Notes: generated by a model from the sequence alone, not told the origin. Positions 19,390-28,707 are shown, counted from the first letter of the stretch. The stretch: 64,000 nt of DNA from Candidatus Heimdallarchaeum aukensis (GCA_021513695.1 CP084166.1:160001-224000), one strand, 5' to 3'. Numbers and translations: made by a program.

Positions 19390-21474
19390 ATGTCAGTAGT
19401 ATACAGTTTCCCTAGGGAATATAGTCATTATATCCCTCTTTTCACTAGAGAAGAACAAGATTTGATTAACAACTTTTCATCAAAAGTTAATAAAGATACT
19501 TCAATGGGAATCTTGAAAGATATCCTTTTAGATATTTTAGATAATCTTTCTTCCCCTTCTCTCTATTTCTTATACTCACTAGGTAAAGTTTTATTCATTT
19601 CTAGTAATTATAATCTACTTGAAGAACTCAATAAGAAATATAAAAGTGAGAGTTTAGAGCTGTGGTGGGGAAATGCTCTAATAAGGCGAACTGAGAATGA
19701 TAAAGTAATTAATCTCGCTTTGAAAATACTCAACAAGAATCCTGAAGAAAAAATAATTAGATTACATTGTTATGCCCTTTTAGCTAATGCATATGCAAAT
19801 ATGGAAAGTGAAAATCAATATAGACATTATATGCAAGAACTCTATCATGAGTCAATTATCTTTCATAGAGATTTAGATAAAGAAAAAATTGTAATAAATG
19901 ATATCCTTCTTTTTGCACATGCTATTGACATTTGGAAAGAGAGAATATCTGCACCTCTTTTAAAACTTGAAAACAAAATTGATGTAGCTTTTCAAATTGC
20001 AAAAGAACTAGGAGATCGTTATCACCTTGGAAGGTTGTACAACATAAGAGGAGTAATTTACAGATATGTAGGAAGAATCTCTGATTCATTTGAATTTATA
20101 AATAAGGCTATAAATTATTATAAAGCAGTTGGAGCTAGGAGAGGAGTAGCAGCAGCAAAAGCAAATCTTGCAACAATTTATACAATTAAAAATGAACTAG
20201 ATAAAGCCGAGAAATTACTAAAAGAGTCTCTCTCAATTTTTTTGGAAGTAGGTGATTACAAAAATCAATCCTTAATTCACTCTTCTTTAGGTGAAATTGC
20301 TATTGCTAAAGGAGATTATCACTCTGCTTTAGAATTGTATGAAGAATCTGTAAGTATATTGGAGCAAATAAACGCACACGAACTACAAGTTTATTGCTCT
20401 TTAGGCGAATTATATTATTTCTTAGGAAATAAAGAAAAAATGAAAATAATAATGAAATTCCTGCAAGAGACAGACAAAAAGAAAGAAGGATTCGTCTATG
20501 GATATTATAATTTGTTTAAAGCTCTTTTAGAAATTGATAACATGAATTATGGTAAAGCAAATGAATACTTGGAAAAAGCTTTGTCTATAAGTGATACAAG
20601 AGGAACAGGATTTTTCTCTGCAAAAATACTTCTTCAACTGTCATTGATCAACATAAAGCAATATGATTCTTTTCAAGAAAAGGAGTATTTAGAAAAAGCA
20701 AAACAGTACATAAATGATTTAGAACCATTTTATGAAGAGTTGAATAAAACAATTGAACATGTAATAATTCTATTGGTTCTTTCAAAAATATATGCAGTAA
20801 TGGAAGAATATACGAAGTCTTTTAACATTTTACAAAAAGCAAAAGATCGTCTTAATTTGTCAAAGAAAGAAAGAAAAAAGGATAAATATTACCACTTAAT
20901 AGAAAATAGAATTAAAGAACTTGAAGAAATCTTTTCAAAAGCCAAAACCGAAACATCATTCCAAAATGAAACTTTTCAATATGAAATTAAAGAAATGGAA
21001 AGTATAAGCATTAGACAAATATCAGAATATGAAAAAGAATTAAGAACTTCAATATTGGCACTTTTAATAGTACATCCTTCAGGAATACCTTTAATGAATT
21101 ATACGCTCAAGAGGTCTAGTCAATTTAGAGATGAACTAATGTTTGGAGGTTTTATTGTAGCTGTAAAAGACATGATAGAAGAGTTATTCTCTAATCCAAT
21201 GCAGAGTAAAGTAATGGTCATTAGCTATGGTAATAATAAGATAATAATGGAGCACAGTCCAAAGAGAAATTTTAGTGTAATTATTTTATCATCAAAGGAT
21301 AGTTTTATTCTACGAAGAAAAATTCATCGATTAACTCAAAATCTACAAGATATAGAGCTCCCGCAACAGTATATTGGAGAATTGACCCCTAAAACAGCTT
21401 CAAGAATAAATGAAGAAGTAAAAAATGTTTTTGGAGAAAACTTAATGCTATATGAAGGTGCTGTTCATATTTAG
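19390..21474 (+). CDS. TPR repeat protein with a C-terminal Roadblock/LC7-like domain (paralogue B)
   Basis: TPR-like units ('YHLGRLYNIRGVIY', 'AAAKANLATIYTIKNELDKAEKLLKESLSIF', 'SLIHSSLGEIAIAKGDYHSALELYEESV'). C-terminus: 'SGIPLMNY', 'LMFGGFIVAVKDMIEELF', 'FSVIILSSKDSFILRRKIHRLT'. Confidence 0.5.
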   Translation: MSVVYSFPREYSHYIPLFTREEQDLINNFSSKVNKDTSMGILKDILLDILDNLSSPSLYFLYSLGKVLFISSNYNLLEELNKKYKSESLELWWGNALIRRTENDKVINLALKILNKNPEEKIIRLHCYALLANAYANMESENQYRHYMQELYHESIIFHRDLDKEKIVINDILLFAHAIDIWKERISAPLLKLENKIDVAFQIAKELGDRYHLGRLYNIRGVIYRYVGRISDSFEFINKAINYYKAVGARRGVAAAKANLATIYTIKNELDKAEKLLKESLSIFLEVGDYKNQSLIHSSLGEIAIAKGDYHSALELYEESVSILEQINAHELQVYCSLGELYYFLGNKEKMKIIMKFLQETDKKKEGFVYGYYNLFKALLEIDNMNYGKANEYLEKALSISDTRGTGFFSAKILLQLSLINIKQYDSFQEKEYLEKAKQYINDLEPFYEELNKTIEHVIILLVLSKIYAVMEEYTKSFNILQKAKDRLNLSKKERKKDKYYHLIENRIKELEEIFSKAKTETSFQNETFQYEIKEMESISIRQISEYEKELRTSILALLIVHPSGIPLMNYTLKRSSQFRDELMFGGFIVAVKDMIEELFSNPMQSKVMVISYGNNKIIMEHSPKRNFSVIILSSKDSFILRRKIHRLTQNLQDIELPQQYIGELTPKTASRINEEVKNVFGENLMLYEGAVHI

Positions 21475-21613
21475 AAATCAAATTACAATGAATAAATCTT
21501 AATAGTGAAGTTTCTAACAGGGTAAAGAAAATACTTTTTTTGATAAAGTAAATTGAAGTGAAATTTATTTTTTCCTAGAAAAATTAAAAAACAAGCAAAA
21601 ATCAAAGCATTAT

Positions 21614-22720
21614 ATGAGTAAATTATTTACTCCCTTTAAAATAGGAAAAATTGAACTAAAAAATAGATTGATAAGATCAGCAACTACCTCATATTGGTCA
21701 ACGAATGATGGATTACTTACAGAACCTATCTTTGATTATTACGAGAAACTTGCTAAAGGGGGAGTAGGTCTTATTATAAAAGGTCATTCGTATATAAATG
21801 ATAAAGCAAGAGCACATCAAAGACAATCAGGATTATGCAACAAAGAACATGTAAAAAAAATGAAAGAATTAACGGAAATTGTTCATAAATATGAAACTCC
21901 TATTATTGCTCAATTAAACCATGGGGGATATTATTGTAGAGATGACAGAATTAGTGCTTCCAAGTACCGTTCTAAAAAATGGCAATCTAGACAAGCATCT
22001 ATTGAAGAAATAAAAAAAATAATTAATGATTTTGCTAATTCAGCTGAACTTGCTATAGAAGCAGGGTTTGATGGAGTACAGATTCATGCAGCACATGGTT
22101 ATCTTATAAGTCAATTTTTATCTGATATTGTTAATAAGAGAAAAGATGAATATGGAGGGTCTTTAGAAAATAGAGCTCGTCTGCTTTTAGATGTTTATTC
22201 TGCAATCAGAGACAGAATCGGAAAAAGAGAAGTAGTAGGAGTAAAAATCAACTGTGATGATTTCGCTAATGAAGGTGGATTTACAATAGAGCAATCTATA
22301 CAAGTAATGAAATGGTTATCAAAAAATTCCATTGACTTTATTGAAATATCTGGAGGAGGTCCTGAACAAAATAGAGAAATTAGAAAAAAGAGAGCTAGAT
22401 ACATAGATTCAAGTAATGGAAAGTCTCCTTTAGAACAACCAACATTTGGTGGATATGCAATTAAAATAAAAAAAGAGATTAAAAACACTCCTCTCTCTTT
22501 AGTTGATGGAATACGAACAAAAGAAACAATGGATGCTTTGCTCGATAATAATATTGTTGACTTGGTTTCGATGAGTAAGCCATTTATTATTGAACCTGAT
22601 TTTCCAGCAAAAATGAAAAACGGACAAAGTCGTTCAGCTTGTATTGACTGTTTAAGATGCTTACAGCCTAACAATTTTGGTAAAAAAATGTTAAGATGTT
22701 TCTATCTAAACGAGATCTAA
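21614..22720 (+). CDS. NADH:flavin oxidoreductase (Old Yellow Enzyme family)
   Basis: 'FTPFKIGKIELKNRLIRSATT' N-terminus; 'HAAHGYLISQFLS...RKDEYGGSLENRARLLLDV', the OYE active-site region. Confidence 0.8.
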   Translation: MSKLFTPFKIGKIELKNRLIRSATTSYWSTNDGLLTEPIFDYYEKLAKGGVGLIIKGHSYINDKARAHQRQSGLCNKEHVKKMKELTEIVHKYETPIIAQLNHGGYYCRDDRISASKYRSKKWQSRQASIEEIKKIINDFANSAELAIEAGFDGVQIHAAHGYLISQFLSDIVNKRKDEYGGSLENRARLLLDVYSAIRDRIGKREVVGVKINCDDFANEGGFTIEQSIQVMKWLSKNSIDFIEISGGGPEQNREIRKKRARYIDSSNGKSPLEQPTFGGYAIKIKKEIKNTPLSLVDGIRTKETMDALLDNNIVDLVSMSKPFIIEPDFPAKMKNGQSRSACIDCLRCLQPNNFGKKMLRCFYLNEI

Positions 22721-22797
22721 AAAGAAAATTTTCTTTTTTATCTCTAATCACTAAACTAAAAGATTTAATATTTATTTTTATGTTATTGTTCTGAACA

Positions 22798-23625
22798 ATG
22801 ACATCTAATTTTGAGTATTTTAAAATATTAAAGCCTGTCTTAGTCACTGGAGGAATGATATTAAACCTCATGAGAGGAAAAGTAACTAATCAACCAAAAG
22901 AAAGTGATCTCCCTCCAGAATTGGTTAAAGAAAGCTCTACTGCTCACACAGAAATTGACGACTTTGTACAAGATATAGCCCTCGAAATTCTCCATTCTTC
23001 TTTACCAGATATTGGAATAAATGCAGAAGAAGTTACAGATAGAGTAAAATGGTTTAAACAAGACAAAACAGGACTCTGTTTTCATCTAGATCCCTTAGAT
23101 GGGACGCTGGCATATACAAAAAATAGAGAAGATTTTGCTATTGGTGCAGCTTTATCTGACAAATTAAAATTTATAGCCAGTGGGATATACTTTCCTGCAG
23201 TTGATAGACTTTTTTACGCAGAAAAAGGAAAAGGTGTTCTAGTTATTAATAGTTTAGGAGAAAAGATTTCATTCACTAGACCTTCCTCACCAGAAAAAAA
23301 ATATGCGCAAAAAAGATGTGATGAGTATGTTCCCATTCTAGAAAAATTAGCTTTTACAAAGCTAGATTCAATGAGTGCTCATCATAGTATGATTTCTATC
23401 CTAGAAGGAAAAGCTGCAATTCAGATGTATCATATGGCAAGCCCTCATGATTTTGGAATTCCTCAACTAATTCTTGAAGAAGCAGGAGGAATATGTACTG
23501 ATCTTGAAGGGAAACCAATAAAATATGACCCAGACTTTAATAGAGTGCCCTACTTCCTCGCTTTCTTTGATACTAAAATCAAGGACTTATTTTTCAAAGA
23601 AATAGAGAGAAGTAAAACATTGTAG
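22798..23625 (+). CDS. inositol monophosphatase / fructose-1,6-bisphosphatase family protein
   Basis: 'HLDPLDGTLAY' metal-binding motif (DPxDGT); 275 aa. Confidence 0.65.
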   Translation: MTSNFEYFKILKPVLVTGGMILNLMRGKVTNQPKESDLPPELVKESSTAHTEIDDFVQDIALEILHSSLPDIGINAEEVTDRVKWFKQDKTGLCFHLDPLDGTLAYTKNREDFAIGAALSDKLKFIASGIYFPAVDRLFYAEKGKGVLVINSLGEKISFTRPSSPEKKYAQKRCDEYVPILEKLAFTKLDSMSAHHSMISILEGKAAIQMYHMASPHDFGIPQLILEEAGGICTDLEGKPIKYDPDFNRVPYFLAFFDTKIKDLFFKEIERSKTL

Positions 23626-23809
23626 ATGACTTATTTTTTTACGTAAGTTTGTAAAAATTGAGGGAGAATTGAATGTAAAAAAAGAAAAAGGAAAGGAGGA
23701 AGGGAGTGGAAAGGAAAATGATGGCTTTTTATAGGGAAAAAAAGTATAAGTAAGTAAGAAGAGAAGAAGAAAACCAAAGAAAGAGAAAATAGAAGGAGAA
23801 AAGAAAGAG

Positions 23810-25255
23810 ATGGAGGCCGTCGTCAAAACCTTGAAAGTGAGAATAAAGAATGAGGTATTGACGACAAGGAAGAAGGAAAGGTTAAGGAGAATAACAGGAA
23901 GAGATACGAGAATAATAGAAAAGTATGTGAGAATAATACACCAAAATAGAAAAAAAATATGTATAAGAACTAAAAAAGGGAAAATAAGAGTACATAGAGG
24001 AAAATTAGACGATTTAACATTAACTACTTCAAGAGTAAAAGAAGAAGAGAGGAGAAAGACTTTTCCTCACGACCTTAAGAAAATGTTCCCCTATTGTTCT
24101 CACAATGAGTTTCAAGAGTGTAGAGATATAGCTGTACAACTATATAAACAATGGTATAGACCTAACACCACTCGTCCTCCAATAAAGAGAGCGAGAAGAC
24201 AACTAATTAATGGAAAGAGGTTCATCCTCATCCATCTACCAAAAGAAAAGAATAACACTCTCACTCGTTGGTGGGTAGGAATAAGAGACTCGTTAGACAC
24301 TTGGAAAAGAAATACCCCCTATCATCAGAAGTTGTGGTTACCTTTAGAGATGAGCGATTTCCACCAGAAAGAGTTAAAAAAAGGACAGATAAAAGGTCTA
24401 GAACTGCGATACAAACGTTCTACAAGTGAGTGGTGGGTATATTTTCAACTAAAAGTTCTTCCTCCTTCTTCTTTTCTAAGCGATAATTCCTCTTCTTCTC
24501 TTCCTCCAGCTGTGCTGGGAATAGATCTGGGGATAAACATTCCTGCTGCAGGAGTGTTACTAACCCCTAAAAAGAAGTTAACTATTAAACAGATAAAATT
24601 CTAGTATACCAAACAGTGGAATATAATCAATCATAGATATAAACTCAAACTTTCCCGTCTTCAGAGGAAAGCGGCTTTAAACGACCAGTCGGGTAAAAAA
24701 CACCAAGTTTATCGTTTTCTTGGTCTTCTTCGTCGGAGATATAGAAACGTTAAACTGGCGTATATCCACCAATTTGTAAACGATGTTGTGCGGACAATAG
24801 AGACTTATGCACAAGTGTATGACCTTTTCGTCGTCGTAGGTTATCCTAAACATATCCGTGAAGAGAAAGGAAAAGGGAAAGTTTCTCGTCAATTTCGCAG
24901 AAAACTTCATCAGTGGAACTATGCTCTTGTTCTTGGTCTTCTCCGTCGGGCATTAATATTAAGAGGTTTCGAATCTCACCGTATTCTCACTTTAGACGAA
25001 AGAGGAACATCCTCTCACTGTTCTCGTTGTGGAACGAAAGTCTCTCGCCCTGTCAGAGGGTTAATCTCTTGTTCTTCTTGTAATTACACTTTCCACTCTG
25101 ACCTCACAGGAGCAATGAATATCGCTCGAAGGTTCCTTGGTCATCTTTTCCGTCCTCGTGCAACAACTATTACTGACCACCTTACTGGCTATAAATTCAG
25201 TCTCACCCATTTCACTGTTTGCCAAGGGCTCAGCCATTGGTTGCAGTCCCAGTAG
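23810..25255 (+). pseudogene. tnpB: tnpB-like (OrfB) RNA-guided-nuclease-family gene; single reading frame interrupted only by one in-frame TAG at 24602-24604
   Basis: N-terminal 'KTLKVRIKNEVLTTRKKERLRRITG' (TnpB helix-turn-helix-like start); RuvC-I 'LGIDLGINIPAAGV'; 'LDERGTSSHCSRCG...CSSCNYTFHSDLTGAMNIARR' (Zn finger plus RuvC-III). Starts 23810 and 24788 differ by 978 = 3x326. I translated 24605-24787 and found it open in the same frame. Confidence 0.75.
24602..24604 (+). other. in-frame amber (TAG) codon inside the tnpB-like frame
   Basis: '...ata aaa ttc TAG tat acc aaa cag tgg...'; it is the only stop in 1446 nt. Confidence 0.8.
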
Positions 25256-25527
25256 ACAAAAAAAGAAACTAATTACTCTTATCTTTGAGGATAGTTATCT
25301 TTTTTTGTCTCTCGTGGAGCGAAGAAAAAGTTCCTTTCTTCTTTATGATTCCCACGATTCGTGTATGATGTCTGTCTCAACCCCTTCTTTCATTGTATGC
25401 TCTGGTTGAGTTCGCAAGAGATCAAACTCTCTTCTAGTTTTTTCTCTTGAAAGACTGAGTGCGAAAAACTTACGTAAAAAAGTAAATCATGAAAAAGAGT
25501 TAAAATCTTCTTTGTTTTTTTTTTGAT

Positions 25528-26550
25528 ATGAAATGGATTTATAAATTTCTAATTAGATTTCTTATTTTTACTCTTCTTTTCGGAATATTTATTGCGATTT
25601 CTGTAAAATTTGCATATGTTGAGCCATCAGAATACATATATTCAGATAATGATTGGGATAATTTCTCTTATACTCCAGAATATAATCATTCTCAGTGGAA
25701 TGTTTTGCTTGATGCTCATTCTCACACTTATTATTCGGATGGTTATCTTTCTCCTAGACAGAATATCCTTTGGCATATCGCTATGGGCTTTAATGCTATG
25801 GTTCTTACTGATCATAATACGTTTGATGGTGTTGAAGAGATATTAAAATTAGCAAGAGAAGAGTTTAATGACTCCATTAAAGTTTTTAGAGGTATGGAAT
25901 GGACTACTGATAGAAGTCATCTAAATATTATTCTTCCTCCTGATGTTACTCCTGAAGATTATGAAAAACTGAAAACACATAAGAGTTATTCTTACACTCC
26001 TACAGATGAAGAATTTAAGAGTATAATTGAAGAAACACATTCTATTGGAGGGTTGGTGATTGTTAACCATATTCCTTGGTCAGAAGAGTTTTGTCACGAT
26101 CAGCCAACAAGAGAGCAATTTCTTGAGTGGGGTGTAGATTATATAGAAATAATTAATGAAGAAACTTATGACAAAGTTTCTGAAGATTTTTGCATAGAAA
26201 ATAATCTGGGAATAATTACAGGAACAGATATGCACAAACCAGAACCAGTTTATGCATGGACAACACTAAATGTTTCTGAATTTTCAGAGGAAACAATCTT
26301 TAATGAACTAAAAGCAAAAAGAACAGGATACATTTTTACTGGAGCAGCTTCTCCTTATCCTATTGAACACAGACATAACCCTGCTTATTCTATTTTTTAT
26401 CCTTTTATCAAAATGGGCGAAGTATTCAGAGATGTTTATTCAAGTCCATATTTTGCAGAATACTTGACTCCCATATTTCTCTATCCTTACTTAATCTTCT
26501 TTTCTGTAGAACTAACCAAATTTGTGATTTATAAAAAGAGAAAGAAATAA
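25528..26550 (+). CDS. PHP-domain (polymerase/histidinol-phosphatase-type) metal-dependent phosphoesterase with N- and C-terminal TM anchors
   Basis: 'DAHSHTYYSDGYLSP' and 'VLTDHNTFDG' His-rich PHP motifs; hydrophobic N- and C-termini. Confidence 0.6.
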   Translation: MKWIYKFLIRFLIFTLLFGIFIAISVKFAYVEPSEYIYSDNDWDNFSYTPEYNHSQWNVLLDAHSHTYYSDGYLSPRQNILWHIAMGFNAMVLTDHNTFDGVEEILKLAREEFNDSIKVFRGMEWTTDRSHLNIILPPDVTPEDYEKLKTHKSYSYTPTDEEFKSIIEETHSIGGLVIVNHIPWSEEFCHDQPTREQFLEWGVDYIEIINEETYDKVSEDFCIENNLGIITGTDMHKPEPVYAWTTLNVSEFSEETIFNELKAKRTGYIFTGAASPYPIEHRHNPAYSIFYPFIKMGEVFRDVYSSPYFAEYLTPIFLYPYLIFFSVELTKFVIYKKRKK

Positions 26551-26583
26551 TTCTCTTTTTTCTTTTTTACAACTTAATAGCTG

Positions 26584-27663
26584 TTAGATTGGTCTGTTAT
26601 ATTTCCATCTTTCGATTGTTTCTTTCCAGTTTTCATAGATTTCTTTTTCAACTTCTGGTTCAATTTTGTAATTATCTGGTTTATATTCACGGAGAGTATC
26701 TAAATATGATTGAATATCGGGTTTAACCTTATTAAAATCTCCTAATTGGAGCTGAGAGTAGATTTTTTCTAGATTTTCTATAGGATTTTGACAAAATTCT
26801 TCATATTTAATTTCAATAATGTTTTCTTTGGGAATGGATTCAAGGTCATTGTAGAATTTCTTATACATCTCTTTATACATCTCGAAAATAAACTCTTTAA
26901 TTTCAAAATTAGGTTTTTGCAAATAGAATAGCTTTGTGTTTGTATTGTATAATTTTACTGTTGAAAAGAATACTTTGTAAGGGTCTCTATAAATGTGAAT
27001 GAATTTTGCGTTAGGATACAAATCAAGAATAAGTTTTACTCTAAACGTATCCAAAGGATTTTTGAGCAATAGTTGTTTTCCCTTTCCTCTAATTGTGAGT
27101 TTGTTAATTAAGTATCTGAAAGATTCTTTCCACTTTCTTAATTCTTTTTCAGTTGCATCATCAAAGGAGCAATATTTCAAATATTTTTCTTTATTTCTAG
27201 GGAAGAAAAGAGCTGTAAGGGGAGAAAGTAAGCAATAATTAGTTAACGCAAACTCGTGCTCTTGAGGAGTTTTTGCATTCATTTTCATATTATCCATTGG
27301 ACGTTTCTTTGGAATAAGAGGTGACATTATTGTTTTTGTAAACCAATAACTTGTAAGAAATTGATGAGGGAAGGTTGCTTCAACCATGTTAAGATAATAA
27401 TATCTCTTATCATGTAACATTAGTTCTTGTAGGTAAGTTGTTCCTCCTCTCCAATGTCCAATAATAAATATAGGGTCTTTCTCTAACTTAAGTTTCTTTA
27501 TTCTTTTATTCCATATTAATTGTTCAAATATTACAAAAGGAGAAAAAAGAATTGTTACCAATGTTATTGCAAATACCTTTGGCCAATATTTGATGTGAAT
27601 CCTGAATTTGTTTTCCCATAGTAGTTTTATCCATTTAATAAAACTTGCACCCATAAGAAACAT
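26584..27663 (-). CDS. sulfotransferase-family protein (PAPS-dependent), N-terminal TM anchor
   Basis: 5'-PSB-like loop 'FIIGHWRGGTTYLQELM' ((K/R)xGTTxL); size and layout of membrane-associated sulfotransferases. Confidence 0.55.
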   Translation of the reverse strand: MFLMGASFIKWIKLLWENKFRIHIKYWPKVFAITLVTILFSPFVIFEQLIWNKRIKKLKLEKDPIFIIGHWRGGTTYLQELMLHDKRYYYLNMVEATFPHQFLTSYWFTKTIMSPLIPKKRPMDNMKMNAKTPQEHEFALTNYCLLSPLTALFFPRNKEKYLKYCSFDDATEKELRKWKESFRYLINKLTIRGKGKQLLLKNPLDTFRVKLILDLYPNAKFIHIYRDPYKVFFSTVKLYNTNTKLFYLQKPNFEIKEFIFEMYKEMYKKFYNDLESIPKENIIEIKYEEFCQNPIENLEKIYSQLQLGDFNKVKPDIQSYLDTLREYKPDNYKIEPEVEKEIYENWKETIERWKYNRPI

Positions 27664-27771
27664 TGGTACATCAACAGATTGAACAGAAAGAATAGTAGTT
27701 ATAAAAATTTGCTTGAAACGAGAGAAATATTACAGTACATTTAAAAAAAAACTTCTTTATCTTGAAATAAT

Positions 27772-28707
27772 TTGAAAAATATGCTACATTATCTGAAAGT
27801 TGGAACAATAGTCTTTGGTTGGGCTCTTGCTCCTGTTATTGGAGAGTTTATAATTGATCAAACTAAACAATTTTCTCCTTTTCAACTCTCTTTCCTAAGA
27901 TATTCTTTAGCTGCTATCACTTTAATGATAATTTTTCTCTTTCAAAATCGGGAAAAAAGGCCCTCAAAACAAGAGATGGTAAAAACATTGAAAGATAAAT
28001 GGTTTTTTCTTCTTGTTACTAGTATTTTTGTCTCACTTATGCCAATTTGTCTTTTTTTTGCTGTTAAAAAAACAACTGCTTCTTCTGCATCATTCTTGTT
28101 GAACATAAATGTAGCTTTTATCCCTCTAATTGCATTTTTTCTAGTTAAGGAGAAAATAAAAAAGTTTCAAGCAATAGGTGTTTCTGTTACAATAATAGGC
28201 AGTTTTCTAGTTATTTTTGACAAAAAGATAAAATCACTAGATTTTTCTCTTTCTTCTTTTACTTCTTCTACTGTTGTTGGAAATTTACTCGCACTAGCTT
28301 CAGGTTTAAGCTGGGCGATATATACAGTTTTGCTTAAAAAATTCTATACTGAAGAGGATCCACTATTTATTACTTTTCTAAACTTGTTATTAAGCAGTAT
28401 CTTCTTGTTTCCCATTGCATTCTTTATCTTTCCTTTTTCGATTTCTGTTACCTATTTAGGGATAGTTTTAGTAATATCTCTTGCAATAGTATCAACAGCT
28501 TTAGCTTACACTTTTTGGTTAGATATACTTGCTTATATGAGTACAACAGAAGTAGGAGTTATTCAAGTATTAATTCCTGTGATTTCTGCATTGTTAGCAG
28601 TGTTCTTCCTTGGAGAAACAATTACATTTGTTTTTGCTATTGGTGCTTTTTTAATAATAGTTGGTTTGTTTCTAGTTGAAAAAGAGACTGAGCTAGTTGA
28701 AGAATGA
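27772..28707 (+). CDS. EamA/DMT-superfamily transporter (10 TM)
   Basis: Two internally repeated five-helix halves; 311 aa. Confidence 0.55.
   Translation: MKNMLHYLKVGTIVFGWALAPVIGEFIIDQTKQFSPFQLSFLRYSLAAITLMIIFLFQNREKRPSKQEMVKTLKDKWFFLLVTSIFVSLMPICLFFAVKKTTASSASFLLNINVAFIPLIAFFLVKEKIKKFQAIGVSVTIIGSFLVIFDKKIKSLDFSLSSFTSSTVVGNLLALASGLSWAIYTVLLKKFYTEEDPLFITFLNLLLSSIFLFPIAFFIFPFSISVTYLGIVLVISLAIVSTALAYTFWLDILAYMSTTEVGVIQVLIPVISALLAVFFLGETITFVFAIGAFLIIVGLFLVEKETELVEE

Larger units (their letters stand above)
23635..25481. mobile_element. TnpB-only (IS200/IS605-family, IS1341-like) insertion bounded by a 16-bp perfect inverted repeat
   Basis: Left 23635-23650 'TTTTTTACGTAAGTTT'; right 25466-25481 'AAACTTACGTAAAAAA' (exact reverse complement). 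A GA-rich leader, a tnpB-like frame and a ~210 bp 3' untranslated tail lie inside. G/C-rich codons make it visibly different from its neighbours. Confidence 0.6.

Noticed and set aside
23810-25255. TnpB homologue considered as a Cas12-type CRISPR effector
   Set aside because: No repeat-spacer array or cas1/cas2 within the window. Its size (~480 aa) and flanking inverted repeats fit a transposon-borne TnpB.
25137-25409. 90-aa ORF overlapping the tnpB 3' end
   Set aside because: It overlaps the tnpB C-terminus in another frame and continues into the non-coding tail; more likely it is the omega-RNA/right-end region than a protein.
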